Assembly (NCBI RefSeq): GCF_000497125.1
Contig: NC_090602.1
Coordinates: 558,001 to 622,000, forward strand
Length of the DNA stretch: 64,000 nt
Direction: 5' to 3'
Source: Spironucleus salmonicida
Lineage: Eukaryota
Shown: in pieces, positions 12,040 through 26,226 of the stretch
Position numbering within the stretch: the first letter of the stretch is position 1
Layout of the letters: each line of letters starts with the position of its first letter
Notes under the pieces: generated by a model
The model's database searches: none
Told to the model about the DNA's origin: nothing
Seen by the model: the letters and a program-made list of their open reading frames with translations, nothing else
Translations under genes and position numbers: made by a program

Positions 12040-13566
12040 ATGCAGCGACTTTCTGTAGCAGCATCGCACCGACCCAGAACGCATTCCACGCACATTTCTA
12101 TAGAGGAACAATCGGATCTTGTTAATATCTTGCAGTCCTAGTTGTAGTCTTAGCAAAAGTAGCTGGACAAACTCAGGACTGCATTTGAAAGGTTGGATCA
12201 GAAGAACGCGATTCTCGATGTAGAAAACTTTCAACTCCGTGCTGACCTCAACCGAAAGACACTTATTGTGGAAGAGTAAGCTGGCTCGCTTTACCAGCTT
12301 AAACGGCGTAATGCAGCCTTGCTCGACAAGCTATAGAAAATCTAGGTTTACCAAGAGAAGTAAGGAATCTACTCTAGGAATATTCCTGCTGAGCATGCTT
12401 CGCTAAATTATAACCACCTAAAGTAAGAAAATATAAACCTTCAGACACAAGTAAAACGACTGTAAGCACAAATAAAAAAGCAGCCGCCAACCAACAAAGT
12501 TGCAAGAATAATATCAGAGTAATTATTACATTAAACCTTAGAAGAGAACTAACCTGAGACCATACTAACCGAAACTTGTGTTAAAAATGTGCTACATAAT
12601 ATTCTAGCAGCCCCAGATACGTATCCGGTCGAAACTGCGAGCTGGCACAACCCAATGCTAAAACCTAATCCTTAGGCGCTCTCAATTTGCTTAGGCGCTA
12701 ATACCATTAAGTTTATACGAAATTGTGCTAAACTTTCATCAAAGGAAGTTAAAATACAGAATTAGTTGCTGATAAATATTAACAAAGAAATGAAATAGCA
12801 GCTCAAACTATAAATGGTTAATAGCGCTCAGAGTACTTATAAGTGCCTCTCTCAAATGTGTTTACTGTCGTAGTTTATCCTTTTTGATCATGATAATTTA
12901 ATACGTATAGTAGACTAAATCATAGATGATATATATGACCATTCATCAGAGTGGTACATATTTAACTCTATATAGAACGAGTTACGCGATTTACTCAAAG
13001 CCTTAACCTGTGGATATAGATAACGCTTTAGTAAAAGCGAATTCGCAAAATAATTAGAATTCTATAAACACCGTGAGGAAGCTAACTTAAACAAGCAAAA
13101 CATTGAAAACTTTGCATTCGGAACATATTAAGCTATTATCAAATTCTTACTTTCGTGTTACCATGAACATCCTGAAGTTGTTCTTGCTGTATTAAGAAAT
13201 GTGATTATGGAGAATATGAATTCTGAGTATATTAGCAATATTTTTAAGGACATACACGAATAAAGCTTTGTTATATCTAGTCTGAAAATTTCTTATATAG
13301 AGTTATTTGTCGCAGACAACCCATAATTTATAAACTTTACAATATTGTATGGTGTTTTTGCAAGCCTATAATTAATGAATGATTGGGAGTTCTATCTATT
13401 TGATAGACTATATGATAAGAAAAATAAGTATTGGTAGAAATATGACACCTATATGGACCTAGAAGATGTTGCTGATATCGCAGATGATGACGAAATTGAA
13501 GTTTTTTGGCCTTCCTGGTCTAATTCTGGTAACGTAATAATCAATGCTGGAATATTGCTTAAGTGA
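12040..13566 (+). CDS. hypothetical protein with N-terminal coiled coil (508 aa), copy 1
   Basis: MQRLSVAASHRP...EVFWPSWSNSGNVIINAGILLK, a 1527-nt open frame ending AAGTGA. Confidence 0.8.
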
Positions 13567-15467
13567 ATTTCTATATAATAATAATGGAATACACTAATTT
13601 GTTGATCATATTAAATTTAATACACGTTGATTTCAATTTTACGAATAAAGTTCTTAATAATTTTTCTATGTTTACACACTATGGTGATATTCAGATTATA
13701 AGTGTATCTTAGCTAAAAATTTCTATACAAATTAATTCCTATTTAGCTGATTGAACTATAACGATATATTTATTTACACAGCGTTCAATGTTAATTAGTT
13801 AATGAAAAAATTAAGACTACGCGCAGGTGGGTGTTGCACGACGCAGGTGGATGTTTAGTTTCATGCCACGATTAAAGCATAAAAATTATTACAACTTATA
13901 AAATTATTTGATTGATCCTATATAAATTTCCTGGTGTACTAAGTAATTAGAAACTAATTGAATTTGACTAATAACGTAAAAGATATATAAAATAATTTGA
14001 TATTTGTTATACTAATAAGTTATTATAAAGAATAATATAAAACTTAAACAACACTTTATAAAATAGAAGAAGTGATTTTTTCAAATATTTGAATTTTCCT
14101 TGTACTTATTATTATAAGATGATGATACTAATATAATACTCGCTTATTTTGTCGGCTTTTATAATATATACTAATTATTAGTCATTATATTTTGAAATCA
14201 TATTAATATTATAGTTATCACTATAAATAATCCACGTATTAATATATTTGATAAATAGTAATTAAACCGCACATCAGTTATTACTATTTTTATTCGGTAA
14301 TAAGACTATTTGTTTATAGAACTCTAATATTTTTTCGCCTTACAATGACTGCATCGTTCTATATATTAATAAGTTATTCTTATTAAAATACAAATAATAA
14401 AAGTCATGCCAATATGTACTAAAACTGTTATATAATAACTAATTATATATATTTTGCTGTATTTATGTGTACATATATCAAATCTTGACAGTGAAAATTA
14501 TCATGCTATATTTGATTCTACGCTAAAGTACTGTTCCATAATCTTATGATATTTTTTGATATTATAAGATTATTTATAGATATATTTTATGGATTTAAAT
14601 GTAAAATTTCTGTACATCATTATAAATAAGGCATGTAATAGAATATGCAAATAGCTATCGTTTAGAATAATTATAAATATCGTGTTTTGTTATAATATTT
14701 ATGCATGAATTAATAATTTTATGAATTAATGATATTGGATGTTTGAAGTCCTTTTTGACCAATGGTATTTCATAAAACTTATTAGTTATTTCAAAAATTC
14801 AAAAAAACTTAGTATCCGCGAAGTAATTATAAATTTTATTTAAATTTCCTTAAAAATTAACAATATACAGAATATTTTGCTTCTCATCAAAATTAAGAGA
14901 TACGAGTGACTAATGAGAAGTTGAATACGTTAAGTTTAAAGAATACTGCCGGTGTAAGGTGATCCTAACTACATTATTTAGTAATTACAATTTAATATTC
15001 TAGAGGTAAGTCAACCGTTTATATACTGCACTGTCCAAATATAGTTAATATATAAAGACAATTAACCCCAATATTAACGGTAAATTACACAATTATATTT
15101 GTCAAATTAATCATAATTATAGCGTTAAATAGAAATTTATATTATTCGTTAGATATTTATATATTTTTTAAGTAGATGGTTAAAGAAAAATACTCACCCA
15201 TCATAAGAATTATATTTTCTATTTCTTCTTACTATAACTTCTCTTCCATCTTGAATTTTTTCTTACAATAGTTATGTTTATAATAGGATACAAGGTAACC
15301 TACTACATAAGAAAATTGTATTATTACTAGATTACTTACATAGGAAATATCATCAGGAAGTTCAATAAATTATCTTTCTTCTCTCATCATTGATAATAAA
15401 CGTTTTCTTTGAGATTATAATACGATGATAATTTCCATAGCTGCCAATTCGCAGGTGGTATATAAAA

Positions 15468-16137
<670 letters not shown>

Positions 16138-17592
16138 CGAATGTAATGATGCGAAAAGCAACGCATCAACTAATGTATCTATATAAGGTAAACCAATACT
16201 ATTTTTTTCTTTTTAAAGTTAATTTTTAGTGATTTATAACTAAAAAATTACTCTATGCCTATACTAGATGAATAAACTTAAAGTTACTGTAGTTATAATA
16301 GCAACAAAATATAAGATTATAATGAATTTTTCTTCATGATAAATTGAAGTATTACGCTAGAGCTATTAGATAATTTATAATTTACTTTTTGATCTTGATT
16401 AATTATTGTGGTTTTATTATAAAGATTTGCGGATCCTTAATAGGCTCTAAACTAACTATACGTTAAAATTTAAAGATTAACAGTGTTTAATATAAAATTT
16501 CCATATAAATAGAAGCTATACTCGCTTATTATAACTGGATATGTAACAATTGGTAATATTTTTAATTATCTTGTAATAGTAAGACCTAGCTTGTAGAAAT
16601 ATTCATACAAAAAACAATCTAATATAAATAAAAATATTTATCATGAATATAACCATCTACTTCCTATGATTATATGGTCGTCATAAGATGTATCAAAAAA
16701 ATAAGCTACCTGATAATATGGAATTATGAATAAAATAGATCAGTTACACATAGTAAAATGTAGACAGTTTTTATACTTATGATATTAGCTTTATAATTCT
16801 GTATATAAACAAGAAGTATTGATTAATTAGGTATTTGTATATGATTCATTTTTAAGAATATTGTGCTAAACATGCAAATATAGTTATCTGAATAATGCTA
16901 TTTGATTATTGCTGATAACTAACTATAATATGTATTTATCCTTGATATATATGTAATAATTGTATATTTTTATTTAACCTATAAAGATAATACATTAGTT
17001 TTAATATTTCTACATAAATATTCGAATAATATAAAATTTTGGAAGTATATATTTGTTTTAATCATCCTTTTAGTTATTGCCGATTTTACTAGTATTATTT
17101 ATTTTAATAATAGATTACCTCTATTTAAAATAAATAAATATTTTATAAATTGTAAAATTTAAAGATAGTATACTATGTATTTTTAAGAGGTATAATTAGT
17201 TTATACGTATTTTGTACTAAACATAATATATTAACAAAATATGAGTATATGTAGTATTAAAGTACTACAAAAACTATAATTTAGATTATAGAATAGCTGA
17301 AAAATTAGACAAAATTATTCGAAATAAGCATAATTTAATATATGAACAGTTATATTATATAAATCTATTATTCTCCTATAACAAATCATTTAGATTCAGC
17401 ATATAATAATTCTGTAGACTTATTCTTATATATAAAATATTGAAACGTTATGCGCGTTAATGTCTTAATATTTGTTTAAGATTATTTACCTCCAATTAAG
17501 TTTAATATTTATTTTAGTAACGAAATTCATCAAAATGCATCCTGATCTACATTTACAGAGAGTATTTCATCTGACATATCAAAAATAGACAT

Positions 17593-20572
17593 CCACCTGC
17601 GCGTAGTCTTAATTTTTTCATTAACTAATTAACATTGAACGCTGTGTAAATAAATATATCGTTATAGTTCAATCAGCTAAATAGGAATTAATTTGTATAG
17701 AAATTTTTAGCTAAGATACACTTATAATCTGAATATCACCATAGTGTGTAAACATAGAAAAATTATTAAGAACTTTATTCGTAAAATTGAAATCAACGTG
17801 TATTAAATTTAATATGATCAACAAATTAGTGTATTCCATTATTATTATATAGAAATTCACTTAAGCAATATTCCAGCATTGATTATTACGTTACCAGAAT
17901 TAGACCAGGAAGGCCAAAAAACTTCAATTTCGTCATCATCTGCGATATCAGCAACATCTTCTAGGTCCATATAGGTGTCATATTTCTACCAATACTTATT
18001 TTTCTTATCATATAGTCTATCAAATAGATAGAACTCCCAATCATTCATTAATTATAGGCTTGCAAAAACACCATACAATATTGTAAAGTTTATAAATTAT
18101 GGGTTGTCTGCGACAAATAACTCTATATAAGAAATTTTCAGACTAGATATAACAAAGCTTTATTCGTGTATGTCCTTAAAAATATTGCTAATATACTCAG
18201 AATTCATATTCTCCATAATCACATTTCTTAATACAGCAAGAACAACTTCAGGATGTTCATGGTAACACGAAAGTAAGAATTTGATAATAGCTTAATATGT
18301 TCCGAATGCAAAGTTTTCAATGTTTTGCTTGTTTAAGTTAGCTTCCTCACGGTGTTTATAGAATTCTAATTATTTTGCGAATTCGCTTTTACTAAAGCGT
18401 TATCTATATCCACAGGTTAAGGCTTTGAGTAAATCGCGTAACTCGTTCTATATAGAGTTAAATATGTACCACTCTGATGAATGGTCATATATATCATCTA
18501 TGATTTAGTCTACTATACGTATTAAATTATCATGATCAAAAAGGATAAACTACGACAGTAAACACATTTGAGAGAGGCACTTATAAGTACTCTGAGCGCT
18601 ATTAACCATTTATAGTTTGAGCTGCTATTTCATTTCTTTGTTAATATTTATCAGCAACTAATTCTGTATTTTAACTTCCTTTGATGAAAGTTTAGCACAA
18701 TTTCGTATAAACTTAATGGTATTAGCGCCTAAGCAAATTGAGAGCGCCTAAGGATTAGGTTTTAGCATTGGGTTGTGCCAGCTCGCAGTTTCGACCGGAT
18801 ACGTATCTGGGGCTGCTAGAATATTATGTAGCACATTTTTAACACAAGTTTCGGTTAGTATGGTCTCAGGTTAGTTCTCTTCTAAGGTTTAATGTAATAA
18901 TTACTCTGATATTATTCTTGCAACTTTGTTGGTTGGCGGCTGCTTTTTTATTTGTGCTTACAGTCGTTTTACTTGTGTCTGAAGGTTTATATTTTCTTAC
19001 TTTAGGTGGTTATAATTTAGCGAAGCATGCTCAGCAGGAATATTCCTAGAGTAGATTCCTTACTTCTCTTGGTAAACCTAGATTTTCTATAGCTTGTCGA
19101 GCAAGGCTGCATTACGCCGTTTAAGCTGGTAAAGCGAGCCAGCTTACTCTTCCACAATAAGTGTCTTTCGGTTGAGGTCAGCACGGAGTTGAAAGTTTTC
19201 TACATCGAGAATCGCGTTCTTCTGATCCAACCTTTCAAATGCAGTCCTGAGTTTGTCCAGCTACTTTTGCTAAGACTACAACTAGGACTGCAAGATATTA
19301 ACAAGATCCGATTGTTCCTCTATAGAAATGTGCGTGGAATGCGTTCTGGGTCGGTGCGATGCTGCTACAGAAAGTCGCTGCATTAATTTTTCAAAAATTG
19401 TGTAAATAGTATATATATATATTAGGAACTTGTCACTTTCCGACATCGCCAGCAAAGCCGCCTTGAAGGTCGTCCAGTGCTGCCAAGATATCTTCCTCGT
19501 CGTCTATTACCTCTGGGCTCTCTGTATCGGCCCACTGTAAGAGTATACGGTCAGATGCAAATAGGGCGGCTGCAAGGACCAGTGCTGCTAGGATATTCCA
19601 CTTGTTCCTAGCAAGAAATAGATATCCCAACGTCATCGCCTCTACCATCGGCTAGGGTTCAAATACTTGCAGCAAATCGTAGTCAAAAATGGGACGAACT
19701 GGGGTGTCCTGTTCAGGCAGGGTCTTCGTTCTGGCCTTACCATTCATCTTTATTTAGAAATTTGTTGCCTTGGCGTACCCCTGGATCTTGCGCAGGAGGT
19801 TCACCTTCTGCTACTAAGTTAGCGCGTCAATATCGTCATTGGGAAACATTTTCAGCGCTTCGGTTAGGTCAGCTTTGATCGTTGGGACCTCGGTGCTAAC
19901 TCCAAGATTCACCAGCTGCGCAAAAACGTCGTCCTTAAATCGAATAGCCATGTCGAACGCGAAGTTGTTCATCCACTCAATGCTTTTCTCGAGCCGCGCT
20001 TCCGTCTTCTCCGCTAGTGTATCGTTGTAGGGCGAAAACAGCATCGCCGCACGCTGATATTCACCGCGGAGGCTCTGTAGGAAGCCGTCTAGCCCCACAC
20101 ACGTCTGATACACTGACATATTTACATCGGAACCATAGTAGCACCGGTACAGCGCCTGCTCCAGGCTGCTGCGGTTGTTCACCACGCTCGCCAGGTACTT
20201 CCGCTTCACGCTTCCCAGATGCGTAGTCGCGAGCCGCGTCTGGGCCGGGCTGGTAAGCTCCCGCCGGTACACCCCCTTCATTACCAGAAGTAGGTCAGCC
20301 ATGTCGCTGTTGGCCTGCAACAACTGCCCCAGGAACGCGTTCACCTTCCCATTGTTAGCGAAGTAGTAGGCGTTGTCGATGCCGTACCACGCCTCCAGGC
20401 ACATCCCGACGTCGCGCTCGCACAGCCGACCCGTGAGCCGCGCGATCTGCGGGTTCTCCACGCCCTGGCAGAGCTCGAGAACCAGATACGAGAACGACAT
20501 TATCCTGGCTCCCCCGCTGCGGCTCGTGCTCTGCACCTCCACCAGCGCCGGGTTGCGCAGGACCCACTCTAG
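17593..20572. repeat. Inverted repeat IR2, right arm
   Basis: Reverse complement of 10851..13830. Confidence 0.95.
17857..19383 (-). CDS. hypothetical protein with N-terminal coiled coil (508 aa), copy 2
   Basis: Mirror of 12040..13566. Confidence 0.8.
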
Positions 20573-22330
20573 CGACGTCTCCTCTCCCAAAAAGCCGTAA
20601 ACAAGCTTATTATAACCAGCCTGAACCCACTCGTCAGCAGCGAGGCGCAGTGCTGCCTCGCGCATCAGCCTTGCGCCCTCGTTCCGGCTCTTTTCGAACC
20701 TCAGCTACGCACGCAGAATTTCACCACCGGCCAGACCAGCGTGGCCAGCGTGCGCGGCCAAAAGCTCAGTCAGAACGCGCGATTTTGGGATGTTGTCATA
20801 AATAGGCGAATTTTTGTCAAAAATGTACAAATTCGCCTTCCTGCCCCGTGGAAAGTTCGTCAAAACCCGTCGCGAAAGGATGAGGCTCTCGTAGAACGAG
20901 GATTCAAAGGAGCCCGCTTGCGACGCCACGTCAAACGCCATCAGCGACGCGTTCAAATTCGGCCTGTGCGGCCCCGCTGGCCCGAACCCCTCTAGTTCGA
21001 GCGCCCCCAGAGCCGTAAGACCCATGTGGCACCCGTGAAACGCCGTCGCCAGATTCAGCACCCGCTGCAGCTTTTTGACGTTTTACACTTCTTTCCTGGG
21101 CAGCAGAATTTCCAAATTCAGAAAATAGGAAAGGAGCCCGAAATTCTGCCCCCTGCGTGAGCAGGTCTCGCGGTGCGACCTGATCATTTTGGGCATCGTA
21201 GCCAGCGTTTCCGCGTAGGCACTGAAGCCCGAATTTGCACTCTGCGTGTTCGTGCGGACGTTTTACAGAATAGGCTCCTTGTCGGTTTGCTCGATGAAGA
21301 TCAGGACGGCCTCGTTGATGAGGCTCGACTTTGCGGTCAAAATGGCCTCCAAAACGAGCGAATCTGAGGGTGTGGACGGCAGCTCCGCGAAGATGTCCAG
21401 GAACGCGTATTTGGCGTAAATCTCGCCCGCTGCACGCGCCATCAGCTCGGAAAGCGCACCAAAGTAGGCCTCGTCCGTGAACGGCAGGACGCTGTTGAAC
21501 TGCAGCAGATTGATGCCGTCGAAGGTGAACTTTTGGGCGTATTTTGCGAGCTTCGACGGGATCCGCGCGCTGCGGATTTCAGGCTTTTCGGGGTCGGATT
21601 TGGCCTAAATTGGGCCCAAAACGCGTTTTGTGGCGCCAGAATCGGCAGCGTCGTGCTCCTGCAAGAACGCGTAAATCGCGTCGTAGCCGTTCAGCTCGCT
21701 GCGCATCGCTATGCCGTCCGCGCCCGCAGCGCCCAGGAGCGCGAATCTGACAGCGTTTTCGGCGTCTTTTTGCATCCCAAAATTGCCTGTCAGGCTGCCG
21801 CTCGCGAAGATGTTCCCGTAGAGCACGACGTCGTTCTGCGCGTTTAAGAGCTCCAGGAGCAGCTTCTGCCGCTCGGCCTTCTCGATGATTTTGCCGTCCT
21901 GGGACTGCAGTTTTTCGTCGATGAAGAAGCGGTTCAGCTCGTACTGGTAGGACCTTGAAAAGGTAGCGTTCTGGGTGTAGGATAACGCGATTTCGTTGTA
22001 GTAGTTGAAGGCCAGGCTGCTCGACTTCGGGAAGCCGTACTTGCCGTAGAAGTGCGCGTTGCCGAGGAACAGCGTGGCCTCGTTTGCGTTCAGTTTGTGG
22101 GCTTATATCAGTAGAAAATGCGCTAGCTTCTGGTCTCTGGGCGTCTGGAGCCCGAAGAGGAGCTGCAGGCCGTAGAGGAAGGCGAATGACGCGTTTTGAG
22201 AATTTGTAGACTCTGTGTTTAATGCGTCGTATGATGTCTTGAAGGAAGCGCTAAGCAGGTTTACTGAGAGGTTGTTGATGAGGTCTGTGGTGGTTTAGGT
22301 CGAAAACTAGGCGAGCACAACTAGAAGCAT
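19433..22330 (-). CDS. type I membrane protein with Sel1-like repeats (Hrd3/SEL1L-like, 965 aa)
   Basis: Four track ORFs share one frame. Leader MLLVVLA, Sel1-like segments (FLYGLQLLFGLQTPRDQKLA; ATLFLGNAHFYGKYGFPKSSSLAFNYY; GNFGMQKDAENAVRF) and C-terminal TM WNILAALVLAAALFA. The ORF is firm, the family call is moderate. Confidence 0.65.
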
Positions 22331-22403
22331 TAGAAAAGTTTGCTATTACCAATATTATATATTAATATATAATAAAAATAAAATAATCGATAATTGACGA
22401 AAA

Positions 22404-22637
22404 TCATTATTGGTTGTTGTGAACGGTTATCATATGTTCAAATTGCTGAATTAGTGCATCAAATTCTTTTTAGAGCTTAATTTCTTAGTCTTGCGCAGGA
22501 GTTGGTTCTTATTTCTAGGGTTCTTGGCTGCAGATCATAGAGACAAGCTTATCCATATCACATGTTTTAGATTCTTCTTACACTCCATCTTGAATTTCTT
22601 GTAACCAGGCAGATGAAAGACTAGCTCGTTTTTTCAT
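22404..22637 (-). CDS. small acidic hypothetical protein (77 aa)
   Basis: AAAAATG start, open to TGA. Confidence 0.5.
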
Positions 22638-22677
22638 TTTTGCAAAAATATATTATATATTATAATGTATAAATAAT

Positions 22678-23256
22678 TCACTTTTTGCCGATCAATGACA
22701 TAGTTCTGCCTCTCCATAATCTCCTTTCCATCTAAGGTTTCTATATAATTTCTATTTTGTTTGTATGATTTAACTGGCTGATTGTTATATCTTGTGTTTT
22801 AGATAGATACGGCAATATGATTTTCCGTCCTTTTAGACTAAGAAAAATCTGTAAATTTTGATAGAAATCTTTACCATATGAAGACAGTCTCTCTATCATT
22901 TTGATAATTAAATTAATGCTTTCAATTTAGTCTCCAAAGCCTATTTTGCATATATTTTTACCATAGAAATAGTTTGATAAAAAACTGAAAAATAGAAAAT
23001 GATCATCTAAGACATACATTGAAACTGCCTTAACACTAAAAACATCGCTTATTGATTTATAATTATTTTCTAGACACACTCTATGACAGAATTGATAGTA
23101 AGTCATTAAATCCGGTAAATTTTATGCACTAGCATAATAAAAAAGAGCTGCAATTCGTCTTCGTATGTAAACTGATGTTGTTTTTAGCAAATCTACATCT
23201 TTAAGATTCATATATTTCAGCTGCTGGTCGGGTTCTAGGTCATCGAATAACTGCAT
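22678..23256 (-). CDS. hypothetical protein (192 aa)
   Basis: MQLFDDLEPDQQLKYMNLK..., ends AAGTGA. Confidence 0.6.
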
Positions 23257-23458
23257 TTTTCTGATGTATGTATTTTATATTAAAATGTAATCTATAATAT
23301 CCTCTCTTCTTTCTTTAAAGTATCAAAAACATGGAAATTGTTCTAATTTGTTGATTGTATATTCCCATTTAAAGTATCATAATATTATACTATTTACTAT
23401 TGTAATGACTTTAAATATACTGAATATTTGCTTGCTAAACTTATTATTCGAAACATGA

Positions 23459-25042
23459 TCACTAAAAACTTATTTTTCCAATCCTGCTACTTGCTACTCT
23501 CGATGACGATAGAGTAGTGGTTTTACTCAATCCAGCTTTACCAGGAGTGGTTCTTCCAGGTGTAGCTTTTCCTGGTGTTCCTCTTCCAGGAGTCCTCTAT
23601 ATGTTAGGTGTTTTAATATAGTTAGTTGCACTTAAGTTGTTTACCTTGCGCGCAGATATTGTGGAGTTCTTGCTATAAAACTAGTAGAATTTTTCATATC
23701 TAAGGGTGAATGCCTTATCGTTCTATTATAATACCTATCCCAGCTCAGCTGTGTAATCCACCCCAAAAATTTCGCTAGCATTTATTTTAATCCCTAGCTC
23801 TTATATACGGATCTTCAGTTGGTCTACCTTAAATTTTAAATCAGCTATAGCTTTTGGAAAATTGCTAACAAGTTCTTTTTTCAAAATCTCTTCACGCTAC
23901 CTCATCTTCGATGCGTCACGCGACTTGCTAGTAAATCTGGATGAATCTTTCTAAATAGTAGATAACTCATTTTTAAAAGCTTTATATTCTCTATATTTTT
24001 ATATACTTTCGCCAATAGGTTGAATCAACTTTTGAAGTATCTAAACTTCCTAAATCTCACCCATTAAAGTCTCAATATCACCCGAAGTCTAATAATTCAC
24101 ATAGTTGGAGTGGAAAGTTGAAATTAAATTCGTTTTCATTTATATCAGTCCTAATATAATTTTATCATTATTTTTATACAGAATTTCCTAAACGCTCGAA
24201 AGTTCCAATCGTAGTTTCTAGACGAATGAATCGGTGTAATCACCATCCAAAACGAGGAAATTACTTCTATTTCCTATCTCTACGACAGAAGAGTCAACCA
24301 AAAACTCGCTGCAATTTTGCAAAATTTACTAGTACCTGAAGAGTTGTTAAATTTGTTATTTCACATCTTAGATTCTCACTTCTAATTCAGACTTAAACTC
24401 CTAAATTATAATTGCTAATTCGCTTATTTAACAGACTCTCCCCTGTTGTTAAAGGTTTTAAATAATTATTCTAGATGCGAAAGAATCTGGCTAAAATTTT
24501 CGTTAGAACATTCCAACGAAGTAGTTTAACTCCTTTTGTAGATTTTGTAGAACAAGTTATTTCGGCTTTAAAAGTGTTTCGAGCTGGTTGATTTTCGATT
24601 CCAAAAGGGTAAGATTTTCAAGCTTCAGAGATGTTTCTATGACGAACTGCTCTTCTGCATCGATAAGAAGGAGCTAAAGCGTTTGGGTTAGCATAGTGAG
24701 CTTTTCCGTCCTCTGGTTGAATTCCTCCTCGAAAAGGGCCTAAAATTTATTAATTTGGATAAGTTAGGCATATTTTTGCGTTGCTGTGATTTGAAAATCC
24801 GCAGATAAGGCAGTTGCTACTTCATTTAGTAGATTGGTTTTGTCTTTAATCTGCTCATTTAAAATTTATTCGAATCTAATTTACGAGCTAGTGAAATCTT
24901 GGGTAAGCTGCACAATATTGTCAAAAAATTATGTAGTATGGCTAATCTAATCGTTTTCTGGAAGAGCTATAACGTGCCATATCCGATTTGCCGAAGATAG
25001 GGCATCTGAAATAGTTTGAACAACATCAGGTAATGATTACAT
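23459..25042 (-). CDS. MAP65/Ase1/PRC1-like microtubule crosslinker (527 aa)
   Basis: Long helical rod. KDSSRFTSKSRDASKMRQREEILKKELVSNFPKAIADL resembles the PRC1/Ase1 DPNRFTNRGGNLLKEEK..KLPK motif. Basic tail with four TPG[RK] sites. Confidence 0.65.
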
Positions 25043-25140
25043 TTAGAATTTTGATTATAAAAATTAAAAACTATAATATATAATAATAATTTACGATCTT
25101 AACGAAAATCTTATAAAATGAAAAATGCATCAATAACTAA

Positions 25141-25362
25141 TCATTTATCAGTTAATTTCTCGTCAATTGTTTGAAATATGGCCTAAATATCTTGCTCAAA
25201 CGACTCATCTTCCATAAGCATTCTATCATATTCTCTTTGCCCTAATCTTTTAATTAAAAGCTGCACCATAAGGTTTCTAGGAATTTTAATATAATCTGCT
25301 GATTTTTACTCTAAATTTTCATCTTTGTCTATTTCACGATCTTCATTTTAATTTTCTGACAT
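25141..25362 (-). CDS. small acidic hypothetical protein (73 aa)
   Basis: AAAATG start MSENQNEDREIDKDE, open to TGA. Confidence 0.5.
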
Positions 25363-25674
25363 TTTATAATACACTTATAATATAATAGTATTCGTCTATT
25401 TCATAATATGACGTAATCTTATATTAAAGGAGGTTTAATGCTAGTAATAAATATCTGTATATAAATATCACTATTTAAGCTATTAACATATTATAGACTA
25501 TAAAAACTAGATATTAAGCATCCTGATAGATGTGAAAAGTATGTTGTTCATTTACCAGATGTAGTCTAAAGATATGAAATTACTGACTGTAGTGAAATAT
25601 CAAGCTAAAATATAAGCATTAAGATGTTTTTGAATAATAATTAGTGAATATTTGTAATATTAAATAATTTTCAC

Positions 25675-26226
25675 TCATATCATCCAAAAACACAAATTCA
25701 TTAATTCTTTTAAGTCTAAATTAACATAACCTTTATTTTATTTGTCAAATTTTTCTAATAACCGTTGTGAAAGCCTAAGAAAACAAAAAATTGCAGTAAC
25801 CCCATTAAAATCTAGCGAATCATTTCTCTCATATTTTTCATATAAGCTGGATAAAACCTAAATATTTTAATTTAATCCTAATAAATTTGCGGAAGATATC
25901 AGATTCTCCAATTAGAATGGCTGTCTTTCATTATTATATACTTTTTTGATGCGACTTAGAAAATGTTCTGCATCTAAGAATTAAAATTTAGTAAGATAAC
26001 ATTCATCTGAAAAACACCTTGTAAGATGCGTTATAGATTGTTGTGTTAACGCTGGAAATAACAAATGTGGTTATCCTTTGTTTAAGTTTAAAACATCAGC
26101 TTAGGAAAATTTGTATTACTGTTCGTCTGTTAATCGCGGTGATAACTTTGGAAAAGTTGGTGGAGGAGGGAGCTATGGTAAAGAGAATTGGTCAATTTTA
26201 GGTGGATATAGATTAAACGGTAGCAT
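25675..26226 (-). CDS. divergent penta-EF-hand protein (ALG-2/PDCD6-like, 183 aa)
   Basis: Pro-rich N-terminus, ERNDSLDFNG, and a C-terminal FDKQNKGYVNLDLKELMNLCFWMI resembling EF5 of PEF proteins. Confidence 0.6.

Larger units (their letters stand above)
10851..13830. repeat. Inverted repeat IR2, left arm (2980 bp)
   Basis: Reverse complement of 17593..20572 (sum 31423). Two mismatches seen. Confidence 0.95.
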
